From: Candidatus Oxydemutator sp.
Lineage (GTDB): Bacteria; Pseudomonadota; Gammaproteobacteria; Poriferisulfidales; Oxydemutatoraceae
Direction: 5' to 3'
DNA length: 64,000 nt
NCBI GenBank assembly: GCA_965203445.1
Contig: OZ241883.1
Location: 480,001-544,000 of the forward strand
Shown: in pieces, positions 31,206 through 40,537 of the stretch
Numbering within the stretch: the first letter of the stretch is position 1
How the letters are laid out: each line of letters opens with the position of its first letter
Notes under the pieces: generated by a model
Told to the model about the DNA's origin: nothing
What the model saw: the letters and a program-made list of their open reading frames with translations, nothing else
Database searches by the model: none
Program-made: the position numbers and the translations under genes

Positions 31206-32159
31206 ATGAACGTTTTGGCGTCTGAGTCGGACGCCGCCGCGGTTTCCGTCTCGGTCGCGTCGCTGCTGGGCCTGGCGCACGCGGCGCGCGGCCTGTCGCT
31301 GCGCCGCAACGTCGCGCGCGCGCGCCACAGCGACGTGCGCCGTTCGCCGTTCAAGGGACGCGGCATGGAGTACGACGAGTCGCGCCCGTACCAGCCCGGC
31401 GACGACGTGCGCCATCTCGACTGGCGCGTGACCGCGCGCACCGGCAAGGCCCATACCAAACTGTTCCGCGAGGAGCGCGAGCGCCCGGTGTTTTTGTGGG
31501 TGGATTACCGCGCGCCGATGTTTTTTGCGACGCGCGGGCGCTTCAAATCGGTGGCCGCGGCGCAGCTCGCGGCGCTGCTGGCGTGGAGCGCGGTGCACGA
31601 GGGCGACCGTCTCGGCAGCGTCGTCTTCAACGACGGCGATCACAGCGAGATCAAGCCGCAGCGGGGCAAGATCGGCGCGCTGCGCCTGTTTCACGAACTC
31701 GCCCGGTTAGGGGCCGGCGGCGGCGCCGCCACGGTCGAAGCCGAGGCCGGCGACGACCCGCGACGCGCGCCGTCGCAGGCGCTGTCGCGCCTGGCGCACA
31801 TCGCGCGCCGAGGCAGCCTGATCTTTCTGATCAGCGATTTCCGAGGGCTCGACGAGGCCGCCCACACGCGCTTGCTGCAACTTGCGGCGCACAGCGAGAC
31901 GATGCTGGCGTTCGTCTGCGACCCGCTCGAGCGCCGTCTGCCGCCGCCGGGACGCTACCGCGTCAGCGACGGTCGGCGCGACCTCGACTTCGACGCCGGC
32001 GACGCGCGCCTCGCCGCCGACTACGCCGCCGCTTACGCCAGGCGCGTCGGGCGCCTGCGCGCGTTCGCGCGCAAGGCGGGAGTCGGCTTTTTGCAGTGCC
32101 ACACCGACGACGAGCCGCTCGCCGTGCTGCAACGCTATTTCGGCACGCGCCGCCGTTGA
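31206..32159 (+). CDS. DUF58 protein (MoxR/VWA bat-like operon)
   Basis: GRGMEYDESRPYQPGDDVRHLDWRVTAR and LISDF. Confidence 0.93.
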   Translation: MNVLASESDAAAVSVSVASLLGLAHAARGLSLRRNVARARHSDVRRSPFKGRGMEYDESRPYQPGDDVRHLDWRVTARTGKAHTKLFREERERPVFLWVDYRAPMFFATRGRFKSVAAAQLAALLAWSAVHEGDRLGSVVFNDGDHSEIKPQRGKIGALRLFHELARLGAGGGAATVEAEAGDDPRRAPSQALSRLAHIARRGSLIFLISDFRGLDEAAHTRLLQLAAHSETMLAFVCDPLERRLPPPGRYRVSDGRRDLDFDAGDARLAADYAAAYARRVGRLRAFARKAGVGFLQCHTDDEPLAVLQRYFGTRRR

Positions 32160-32284
32160 TCGCCTCGCCGCCGATCCCATTCATCTCCCCAAACGGGGCG
32201 TTTCGTCGGCCGTTTTTGAGACCGCGATCCGGCGTCCGTTAGCCTCGGGCACATTCCATTGACCCTACTCGAAGGAGAGAAAAC

Positions 32285-32821
32285 ATGAAAAAACTACTGG
32301 CAATCGCGGCGCTTTCGATGATCGCGTCGGGCGCCACAGGTGCTGGGCCTGAGCGGGGAATTGATTCCGTGGGCATGACGGCGGCGGCGCATACGCCGGC
32401 TTCGCCGGAAAGTCAGAGTCCCCCGGTGTTGTCGCCCAGCCGCATGCCCTCGACGTTCGACGGCCTCGCCACGGCCGCGGGCGGTTTCCGCCTGGCGAAG
32501 GCCAGGGACGCGAACGGGGATTACCTGCTCCTGATGAAGGACAACAACCACGTCTGCGACTTCCGGAGCGGCAAGACCTGCCGGCAAGCGGGGAGCGCCG
32601 GCCAACAACGGCGAAACGGCTGGTACGGAAGCGACGGCGAACTGGGATTCACCGGCGCTACCTATACGTTGACCTGGGACGGCCTGGTCGGATCCAAAAA
32701 CTTCAGGGAGCGAATGCCGACCGACAGAGCGACCTGCTACGCATCGGGGAACTACCGGGCTTGTCGGCGCTACCAGCTGACCCGGATCAGGAACGAGCCG
32801 ATAAACCACGAATGGCAGTGA
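32285..32821 (+). CDS. Hypothetical secreted protein
   Basis: GAAGGAG RBS, signal peptide MKKLLAIAALSMIASGATG and 4 Cys. Confidence 0.65.
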   Translation: MKKLLAIAALSMIASGATGAGPERGIDSVGMTAAAHTPASPESQSPPVLSPSRMPSTFDGLATAAGGFRLAKARDANGDYLLLMKDNNHVCDFRSGKTCRQAGSAGQQRRNGWYGSDGELGFTGATYTLTWDGLVGSKNFRERMPTDRATCYASGNYRACRRYQLTRIRNEPINHEWQ

Positions 32822-32921
32822 CGCCTGAGCGGCAACGACGGGGCGCGCGGATCAACGCACGCGGCGAGGCGCGCGGGCGACGGCCCGAAGCGACGCGCGT
32901 GTAATTTCGGAGTTAATATAC

Positions 32922-32949
32922 TTGACACCACTAAAAACATATATAAAAT
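32922..32949 (+). promoter_or_regulatory. Sigma70-like promoter inside the IS left end
   Basis: TTGACA-16 nt-TAAAAT. Confidence 0.6.
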
Positions 32950-32983
32950 GGTCTCTATCTAATCAACAAGCGAGGTAGAGACC

Positions 32984-33466
32984 GTGAAAGAATATGACAG
33001 TCTGACGGATCTGCTCAAGGCGTTTCCAACAGAGGCCGCCTGCGTTAAGCATTTGGAAGGCGTGCGGTGGCCGGTGGGGGTCGTCTGCCCCCACTGCACG
33101 AGCGCGCGCAAGATTTACCGCGTGTCGCGTGGACACGGCTACAAGTGTGGTGATTGTAAGAAAGGGTTTTCCGTCCGCAAAGGAACCATCTTCGAGGAAA
33201 GCCGCCTGCCCCTGCAAAAGTGGTTCGCAACCATTTGGATGGTTACCACCGATCGCAAGGGGATCAGCAGCCACCAGTTGGCCCGCGAGATTGGCGTAAC
33301 GCAAAAAACCGCATGGTTCATGCTTGGCAGATTGCGTGAGGTTGCAGACGGCATTAACAACGGGGATGGCCTGATGGACGGAGTGGTTGAGGTTGATGAA
33401 ACATGTATCGGTGGTAAGGAGAGAAACAAAGGGAACCGCCTTAGCTACCACGACCTGAACAGTTGA
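32984..33466 (+). pseudogene. IS1595-family transposase with internal deletion
   Basis: Zn ribbon CPHC..YKCGDC, GTIFE.S.LPL.KWF, GISS.QL and VEVDET. It then jumps to the C-terminal GNRLSY, so most of the catalytic domain is missing. Confidence 0.85.
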
Positions 33467-34281
33467 TGGTTGATAGCCCACTGCATATTCCGATGGGGTT
33501 TCACGACCTGCTGGCCGAGACAGTTGGTCGTGTGCGCCCGTCGCTGATGAAGCGCTGGCTGAACAAGGTGCACAAAGGCGACTGCCTGAAAATCATGCCG
33601 CGTATGCCGGCGGAGTCCGTCGGGTTGATAGTTACCAGTCCGCCTTATAACATCAAGAACAGTACGGGCAACGGTCTGAAAAACGGCAGCGGCGGCAAGT
33701 GGCCAAATGCCCGGCTGATGGAAGGCTACGAGGAACACGACGACACGATGCCACACGACGAGTACGTGCAATGGCAGCGTGACTGCCTGTCGGCGATGAT
33801 GCGCGTGTTGCGCCCCGACGGGGCAATTTACTACAACCATAAGTGGCGCGTTCAGAATGGTCTTTTGCAGAACCGTGAGGATATTGTCAGAGGGTTTCCG
33901 GTGCGTCAGATTGTTGTATGGAAACGCGCGGGCGGGATAAACTTCAATCGAGGTTATTACCTACCCAACTACGAAGTGATTTATCTGATTGCAAAGCCGC
34001 AATTCAAATTACGTCCGAAAGCAAACGCATACGGCGCCGTGTGGGAGATACCCCAAGAAACGAACAACCCGCACCCTGCACCATTCCCCGTTGAGTTGGC
34101 GCAACGTTGTATTCAATCCACAACTGCTGACATCATCCTCGACCCATTCATGGGCAGCGGGACGACGGCCATCGCGGCGGAAGCGTGCGGACGCGAGTGG
34201 ATTGGCATAGAGAGAGGTGGCGGATATTGCAAATTAGCCCGTGAGCGTATAAACGCGGCACGTCGTTTCACTCTACTATGA
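33466..34281 (+). CDS. Site-specific DNA methyltransferase (N4-C/N6-A, beta class)
   Basis: GDCL, VTSPPYN, HPAPFP and LDPFMGSGTT. Confidence 0.93.
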   Translation: MVDSPLHIPMGFHDLLAETVGRVRPSLMKRWLNKVHKGDCLKIMPRMPAESVGLIVTSPPYNIKNSTGNGLKNGSGGKWPNARLMEGYEEHDDTMPHDEYVQWQRDCLSAMMRVLRPDGAIYYNHKWRVQNGLLQNREDIVRGFPVRQIVVWKRAGGINFNRGYYLPNYEVIYLIAKPQFKLRPKANAYGAVWEIPQETNNPHPAPFPVELAQRCIQSTTADIILDPFMGSGTTAIAAEACGREWIGIERGGGYCKLARERINAARRFTLL

Positions 34282-34394
34282 ACAGGCAGAGTTGTTTGAG
34301 CGGTTGCGCGAAGTGTTGCGCAAGAGAAACTACACCAGGTATATTAACCCCATAATTTCATTCCGAACCCGTTGCAGGAACCCGAACCGGGCCT

Positions 34395-34916
34395 ATGGAT
34401 CCAACCAGCGATTTGCTTGTCGGTTTGCGCGACATTCATCTGCCGGACGCGGTGCCGTGGTGGCCGCCGGCGCCGTCGTGGTGGCTGCTGGCGGCGGCGG
34501 TAGCGCTCGCCGCGGGCTACTTCGTCCTGCGCCGCCGGCGCGCGCGCGCCACGCCGCCGGAGTCGGCGCGACGCGCCGCGTTGCGCGAATTCAATTCGTT
34601 GCGGCGGCGGTTTTTTACCGGCGGCGACGCCCATGCGTTGCTCGCCGGCTTGTCGACTTTGTTGCGACGCACCGCGATGAGTATGGCGTCGCGCCGCGAG
34701 GTTGCGGCGCTGACCGGGGAGCAGTGGCTGGCGTGGCTCGACCGGCAGGCGGGGTGCGAACTGTTCGCGCGCGGCGCGGCACGCGCGATTGCCGACGCGC
34801 CGTATCGGGCGCAGAGCGACGCCGACGTGCGCGAGGTGTTGCGCGCGTGCGAGACGTGGCTTGATCTGGTGTCGCGCCACGAGCAGACCCCCGGGCCGCC
34901 CCCCGGGCAAGACTGA
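34395..34916 (+). CDS. DUF4381 membrane protein
   Basis: LRDIHLP.V.WWPPAP.WW and LTGEQWL.WLD. Confidence 0.9.
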   Translation: MDPTSDLLVGLRDIHLPDAVPWWPPAPSWWLLAAAVALAAGYFVLRRRRARATPPESARRAALREFNSLRRRFFTGGDAHALLAGLSTLLRRTAMSMASRREVAALTGEQWLAWLDRQAGCELFARGAARAIADAPYRAQSDADVREVLRACETWLDLVSRHEQTPGPPPGQD

Positions 34917-34996
34917 CGCGCCGGCGCCTGGCGTCGGTTGGCGGCGATGCCGCGGCCATGCTCCGGCGCCGTTTTCGGCGTGCTACAGTACGCCGG

Positions 34997-35974
34997 ATGA
35001 TCCACTTTGAATGGTCGTGGGCCTACGCGCTGTTGGCTTTGCCGTTGTTGTTCCGCTGGTTGTTGAAGCCGGTGCAGAGCACGCGCCAGGCCGCGTTGCG
35101 CGTGCCTTTCCTGTCTGATTTCGAGCGCCCGCACCAGCGCCGCGGGGGCTTGTCGCGCCGTCTGCTGCCGGCGTTGGCGGCACTCGCCTGGCTGCTGTTC
35201 ATCGCGGCGCTGTCGCGCCCGCAATGGCTCGGCGAATACGCGCAGGCGCCGGTCAGCGGGCGCGATCTGATGCTCGCGGTGGACGTCTCCGGCAGCATGA
35301 AGGAGAACGATTTCGTCATCGGCGGCACGCGCGTGAGCCGCATGGAAGCGGCACGGGTGGTCGGCGGCGATTTCATCCGGCGGCGCGAGGGAGACCGCCT
35401 CGGCCTGATCGTGTTCGGCGGGCGCCCGTATCTGCAAATGCCGCTGAGCTTCGACGTCAAGGCGGTCGGCAAAATGATAGACGAGGTTTTCATCGGCCTG
35501 GCCGAGGAGAAGGAGACCGCAATCGGCGACGCCATCGGCCTGGCGCTCAAGCGCCTGCGCCGCCAGCACGGCGAGCGCGTGCTGATTCTGCTGACCGACG
35601 GCGCCAACAACGCCGGGCGCCTGTCGCCGCTGGTCGCGGCCGACCTCGCGGCCAAGGAGGGCATGAAGATCTACACCATAGGCATCGGCGCGGACGCCGG
35701 GATGCCGGGCAATCTCGGCTTCTTCGGGCGCAGCCGTCTCGACGAGAAGACGCTGAAGGCTATCGCCGATAAGACCGGCGGACGTTACTTCCGCGCCAGG
35801 AACACGCCGGAGCTGGCCGAGATCTACCGCGTGCTCGATCAAATCGAGGTGGTCGAGCACGACCCGGAAACGTTTCGCACGCGCCGCGCGCTCTACCCGT
35901 GGCCGCTGGCCTCGGCGCTGCTGGTCGCGGCGCTCTTGTTGTTGTTGCGCAAAGGACGCCCGCGCGCGTCATGA
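34997..35974 (+). CDS. VWA-domain protein (BatA-like)
   Basis: MIDAS DVSGSM, TAIGDAI and LLTDGANN. Confidence 0.92.
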   Translation: MIHFEWSWAYALLALPLLFRWLLKPVQSTRQAALRVPFLSDFERPHQRRGGLSRRLLPALAALAWLLFIAALSRPQWLGEYAQAPVSGRDLMLAVDVSGSMKENDFVIGGTRVSRMEAARVVGGDFIRRREGDRLGLIVFGGRPYLQMPLSFDVKAVGKMIDEVFIGLAEEKETAIGDAIGLALKRLRRQHGERVLILLTDGANNAGRLSPLVAADLAAKEGMKIYTIGIGADAGMPGNLGFFGRSRLDEKTLKAIADKTGGRYFRARNTPELAEIYRVLDQIEVVEHDPETFRTRRALYPWPLASALLVAALLLLLRKGRPRAS

Positions 35975-37698
35975 TCGCCCTCGACGACTTTCATTTTCTG
36001 CGCCCGGCATGGTTCGCGGCGTTGCTGCCGCTGGCGGCGCTGCTCGCGTGGCTGGCGCGTGGCGGCGTCTCGGGCGGCGGCTGGGAGAAGTTCTGCGACC
36101 GCCATCTGCTGCCGTTCATCCTGGTCGGGCACTCTCTCGCCCGGCGGCGCTCCTCGCTGGCCGTGATCGCGCTCGCCGGCGTCGTCGCCATCACGGCGCT
36201 GGCCGGGCCGGCGTGGGAGCGCCTGCCGCAGCCGGTGTTCCGCGACCGCGCCGCGCTGGTCATGGCGCTCGACCTGTCGCGCTCGATGGACGCGACCGAC
36301 GTCGCGCCGAGCCGGCTCGCGCGCGCGCGTTTCAAGATCAGCGACCTGCTCGCGCGCCGCAAGTCCGGGCAGACGGCGCTCGTCGTCTATGCCGCGCGGG
36401 CGTTCGTCGTCGTGCCGCTGACCGACGACAACGACGCGCTCGCGCTCTACCTGCAATCGCTGAGCACCGACCTGCTGCCGGAACAGAGCAGCCGCCCCGA
36501 CCGCGCGTTGCAGGAGGCCGGCGCGCTGCTGATGCAATCCGGCGTGCGGCGCGGCGACGTGCTGCTCGTCAGCGACTACGCCGACGCGCGCGCCCACGCC
36601 GAGGCGCGCCATCTTGCCGCCAAGGGCTACCGGCTGTCGGTGTTGGGCGTCGGCACCGACGACGGCGCGCCAGTGCCGCTGGCGTCGGGCGACTTCCTGA
36701 CCGAGGGCGGCCACCCCGTCGTCTCGACGTTGGCCGAAGACGAGTTGCAGGCTTTGGCGCGCGCCGGCGGCGGTATCTATCGGCACCTCAATCTGGCGGG
36801 CGACGACGACGCGATGGATTTGGCGGCGTGGCTGAAGTCGGCGCCGCAACCGCAGGGAGAGGAACCCGTCGCCGAGGACACCGCGGTAACCGACGTCTGG
36901 CGCGAGCGCGGCCCGTGGTTGTTGTTGTTGCTGGTGCCGCTGGCGGCGGCGTTTCGGCGCGGCGTGTTGGTCGTCGCCGTCGCCGCGTTGCTGCCGTGGC
37001 CACCGGACGCCCGGGCGCTCGACTGGGACGGCTTGTGGCTGCGCCCCGACCAGCAGGCGGCGCGCGCGTTGGAGGAAGGCGACGCCGAGAGCGCCGCGCG
37101 GCTGTTCGAGGACGCGCGCTGGAAGGCCGCCGCGCAATATCGCAACGAGGACTTCGGAGAGGCCGCGCGCACGCTGGCGCCGTTCGACGCCGCCGACGAC
37201 CTGTACAACCGGGGCAACGCGCTGGCCAGATCCGGCGCGCTCAAGGAGGCCGTCGCCGCCTACAAAGGCGCGCTCGAACTGCGCCCGGACATGGAGGACG
37301 CGCAACACAACCTGCGCCTGGTCGAGCAGCTGATGCAACAGATGCAACAGCAGCAGCAGCAGCAGCAGCAGCAAAGCGGCGGCGAGCAGCGCCAGGACCA
37401 GGAACAGCGGCAACAAGAGCAGCGACAATCCGACGACAAGCAGCAACGGGAAGGAGCACAACAACCAAGCCCGCCCGCCGACGCCGCCGCCAAACGACGG
37501 CAGGCCGCCGAGGCCGAGGGAGACGCGGCCGAGGCCGACGCCGCCGCGCAGACCGTAGGCGAGGACGAGCAGGCCATCGAGCAATATCTGCGCCGCATCT
37601 CGGACGACCCGCGCCGCCTGCTGCAACGCAAACTGCACCACATGAGTCGGCAGAAGCAGCGCCAGGGCGACGGCACCGCGGGGGATTCGCCGTGGTGA
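35971..37698 (+). CDS. VWA + TPR protein (BatB/C-like)
   Basis: DLSRSM, TPR YNRGNALA...DAQHNL and a Q-rich linker. Confidence 0.9.
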   Translation: MIALDDFHFLRPAWFAALLPLAALLAWLARGGVSGGGWEKFCDRHLLPFILVGHSLARRRSSLAVIALAGVVAITALAGPAWERLPQPVFRDRAALVMALDLSRSMDATDVAPSRLARARFKISDLLARRKSGQTALVVYAARAFVVVPLTDDNDALALYLQSLSTDLLPEQSSRPDRALQEAGALLMQSGVRRGDVLLVSDYADARAHAEARHLAAKGYRLSVLGVGTDDGAPVPLASGDFLTEGGHPVVSTLAEDELQALARAGGGIYRHLNLAGDDDAMDLAAWLKSAPQPQGEEPVAEDTAVTDVWRERGPWLLLLLVPLAAAFRRGVLVVAVAALLPWPPDARALDWDGLWLRPDQQAARALEEGDAESAARLFEDARWKAAAQYRNEDFGEAARTLAPFDAADDLYNRGNALARSGALKEAVAAYKGALELRPDMEDAQHNLRLVEQLMQQMQQQQQQQQQQSGGEQRQDQEQRQQEQRQSDDKQQREGAQQPSPPADAAAKRRQAAEAEGDAAEADAAAQTVGEDEQAIEQYLRRISDDPRRLLQRKLHHMSRQKQRQGDGTAGDSPW

Positions 37699-39035
37699 GG
37701 CGCGCGCTTGCGTCGCTGTGCCTCGGCGCGGCGTGGCTGGGCGCCGGCGCCCAGCCGGGCAAAGACATCTATCTCGAGACCGAAATCCGCCCGCCGACTC
37801 CGTACGTCCAGCAGCAGGCGCTGTTCATCCTGCGCGTGTTCACGGCCAAGGCGCTGAACGGTTCGGTCACGCAGCTGGCGCCGCAAGGCGACGCCGTCGT
37901 CCACCAGGCCGGCAAGATGCAACGTAGCCGCGCCAACGTGCACGGCAAAAATTACCAGGTGTTCGAGCAACGCACGCTGTTCTTCGCGCAGAAAAGCGGC
38001 GTGCTACAGTTCGCGCCGATCATGCTGAGCGGCAACTACGTCGAGAACAACCGGCGCTTCGGCGTGCGCGAGCAATCGCAGCCGGTGCGCGTCGCCGTGC
38101 GTCCGGCACCGGCGTCCTTCCCCGGCGGTTTCTGGCTGCCGGCAAAATCGGTGCGCCTCGAGGAGCAGTGGTCGGGCGACCCGGCGGCGTGGCGCGCGGG
38201 CGACCCGCTGACGCGCACGCTGTCGCTGCACGGGCGCGGCGTAGCCGCCAACCAGCTGCCCGAGATCGAGTGGCCGCAGCTTCCGCGCTTCAACGTCTAT
38301 CATGAGAAAGCGCGTCTCGACGAGCGTCTCGACGGCGAGGACTTCGTCGGCGAACGCCGCCGCAACGTGGTGATGATCCCGTCGCGCCCGGGCCGCCACG
38401 TGCTGCCCGCGATCCGGCTGCCGTGGTGGAACACGCTGAGCGACCGCCTCGAATACGCCGAACTGCCGGCGCGCACCATCGAGATCGCCGAGGGCGAGGC
38501 GAGCGTGGTGGTGGCGATGCAGGAGACCCCCGGCGTCGCCGCCTCGCGCACCTCGCCGCCGCCCGCGGCGCGCGCGCACGGCGCGTGGCCGTGGGTAAGC
38601 GCCGCGCTGGCCGCGGCGTGGCTTGCGACGGTCGCGTTTTTTTACCGCACCGCGTGGCTTGGGGCGTGGGCCGCCTTGTTTGGAGCTGGGCGCGGACGCG
38701 GTGCGGGAAGCATCGGCGCGCGCCGCCGCCTCAAGCGCGCGTGCCTTGCGGGCGACGCGCCGGGCGCGGCGCGCGCGCTGGCGGACTGGGCACAACTCGC
38801 CTGGGCACTGCCGGCATCGGCGACGCCGGCGACCATCGCCGCCCACGCCGCGGCCGCGGGCGACAACGATCTGCAACGCGCGCTGGCGGCCCTGGACAGG
38901 GCCCTCTACGGCAACGACGGGCAATGGTCGGGCGCGTCCTTGTGGCGGGCTTTTTGTGCTTTCCGCCCGGAGCGCGCGACGCCGCCCAATCGAAAACCCG
39001 ACGAAGGCGGCCTGGAGGCATTGCACAAACTGTAG
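37695..39035 (+). CDS. BatD-family protein
   Basis: Signal peptide, PYVQQQ, GDPLTRT and LPAIRLPWWN; last gene of the bat operon. Confidence 0.85.
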   Translation: MRRALASLCLGAAWLGAGAQPGKDIYLETEIRPPTPYVQQQALFILRVFTAKALNGSVTQLAPQGDAVVHQAGKMQRSRANVHGKNYQVFEQRTLFFAQKSGVLQFAPIMLSGNYVENNRRFGVREQSQPVRVAVRPAPASFPGGFWLPAKSVRLEEQWSGDPAAWRAGDPLTRTLSLHGRGVAANQLPEIEWPQLPRFNVYHEKARLDERLDGEDFVGERRRNVVMIPSRPGRHVLPAIRLPWWNTLSDRLEYAELPARTIEIAEGEASVVVAMQETPGVAASRTSPPPAARAHGAWPWVSAALAAAWLATVAFFYRTAWLGAWAALFGAGRGRGAGSIGARRRLKRACLAGDAPGAARALADWAQLAWALPASATPATIAAHAAAAGDNDLQRALAALDRALYGNDGQWSGASLWRAFCAFRPERATPPNRKPDEGGLEALHKL

Positions 39036-39128
39036 GGTGCCGCACGTGTTCGCTCATTCGCTGACAAAAGATCCCTGGTTTGTCTCGGCGTTTTGCCGTC
39101 GAGCGCCTGGCGCGGACAGGCCGCGGCG

Positions 39129-39830
39129 ATGACCGATTTCAGCTCGGCGCTGACCACGGCGCTGTCGCTGGTGGCGAGTCTTGACGCCGCCCTGATCGAG
39201 ATTATCGCGCTGTCGCTGAAGGTGAGCCTGAGCGCGGTGGCGGCGGCGGCCATAATCGGGCTGCCGGCGGGCGCGCTGCTTGCGGTCGGGCGTTTCCCCA
39301 CGCGCCGCTTCTGGATCAACCTGTTGAACGCCTTCATGGGGCTGCCGCCGGTCGTCGTCGGGTTGACGGTGTATCTGATTTTGTCGCGCGCCGGGCCGCT
39401 CGGGCCGCTGGGGCTGCTGTACACGCCGGCGGCGATGATCATCGCCCAGACGCTGCTGATCCTGCCGATCATCGCGGCGCTCACCTGCGCCACCGTGCAG
39501 GCCCTGGACGACGAGTACCGCGAGCAACTGCAATCGCTCGGCAGCCGCACGCTGGCGACCGCGCGCACGCTGCTGTGGGAGGGACGCTTCGGGCTGCTGA
39601 CGGCGGTGCTCGCCGGTTTCGGGCGCGGCAACGCCGAGGTCGGCGCGGTGTTGATCGTCGGCGGCAACATCAACCATTCAACGCGCGTGATGACGACGAC
39701 GATCGCGCTGGAGACGAGCAAGGGGAACCTGTCGCTGGCGCTCGCGCTCGGCCTGATCCTGATCCTGATCTCGCTGCTGGTGGCGTCGGCGGCGCAGTGG
39801 CTGCACGGCAGCGCGGTGCGCACGGCCTGA
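39129..39830 (+). CDS. tupB: Tungstate ABC transporter permease
   Basis: NAFMGLPPVVVGL, AEVGAVLIVGGNI and TRVMTTTIALET. Confidence 0.9.
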   Translation: MTDFSSALTTALSLVASLDAALIEIIALSLKVSLSAVAAAAIIGLPAGALLAVGRFPTRRFWINLLNAFMGLPPVVVGLTVYLILSRAGPLGPLGLLYTPAAMIIAQTLLILPIIAALTCATVQALDDEYREQLQSLGSRTLATARTLLWEGRFGLLTAVLAGFGRGNAEVGAVLIVGGNINHSTRVMTTTIALETSKGNLSLALALGLILILISLLVASAAQWLHGSAVRTA

Positions 39831-39835
39831 GGGCG

Positions 39836-40537
39836 ATGCGGCTCGAGGTCGAACGCCTCGCGTACCGCGCCGGCGGGCGCGCGCTGATCGACGACGTGTG
39901 CTTCACCAGCGCCGGCGGCGACTGCACCGCGCTGCTCGGCGCCAACGGCGCCGGCAAGAGCCTGTTGCTGCGTTTGTGTCACGGCCTGTTGCAGCCGCAC
40001 GGCGGCAGCGTGCGCTGGGACGGGCGCCCGCCGCGCGCGCTCGGCGCCTCGATTACGATGATCTTTCAAAAGCCGGTGACGTTGCGGCGCAGCGTGCGCG
40101 CCAACGTGGCCCACGCGCTGTACCTGCGAGGCACGCCGCGCGCGCGCCGCGCCGCGCGCGTCGAGGCGGCGCTCGAGCTGGTCGGACTTGCGGATTGCGG
40201 CGACCGCCCGGCCGGCGTGCTGTCCGGCGGCCAGCAGCAGCGCCTGGCGATCGCGCGCGCGTGGGCGCTGAAGCCGTCGGTCATGCTGATGGACGAGCCG
40301 ACCGCGCGCCTCGACGTGCGCTCGGCCGAGCGCGTCGAGGGGATCATCCGCGGCCTGCACCGCGCAGGCATCAAGATCGTCGTCACCACGCACGATCTGG
40401 CGCAGGTGCGGCGGCTGTGCGACGAGGTGGTCTTCGTGCACGAGGGACGCCTCGTGCAGCACGCGCGCATGGACGATTTTTTCGCGCGTCCGGCAAACAA
40501 CGTCGTATGCGAGTTCATCCGGTCGCAGACGTTTTGA
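39836..40537 (+). CDS. tupC: Tungstate ABC transporter ATPase
   Basis: GANGAGKS, LSGGQQQR and MDEPT. Confidence 0.88.
   Translation: MRLEVERLAYRAGGRALIDDVCFTSAGGDCTALLGANGAGKSLLLRLCHGLLQPHGGSVRWDGRPPRALGASITMIFQKPVTLRRSVRANVAHALYLRGTPRARRAARVEAALELVGLADCGDRPAGVLSGGQQQRLAIARAWALKPSVMLMDEPTARLDVRSAERVEGIIRGLHRAGIKIVVTTHDLAQVRRLCDEVVFVHEGRLVQHARMDDFFARPANNVVCEFIRSQTF

Larger units (their letters stand above)
32909..34351 (+). mobile_element. Non-autonomous IS1595-family element carrying a methyltransferase passenger
   Basis: TIRs GGAGTTAATATACTTG and (reverse complement) GGGGTTAATATACCTG match 14/16. Flanks GTAATTTC (32901-32908) and ATAATTTC (34352-34359) match 7/8 as a TSD. Confidence 0.85.

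Noticed and set aside
37348-37371. (CAG)8 poly-Gln tract
   Set aside because: Q-rich linkers are usual in BatB/TPR proteins, and the tract is in frame, so it is not a phase-variation switch.
36009-37691. Apparent 1008-aa ORF
   Set aside because: Only the part from ~37695 (BatD) is real; the rest is an Arg/Ala-rich off-frame overlap of the VWA-TPR gene.
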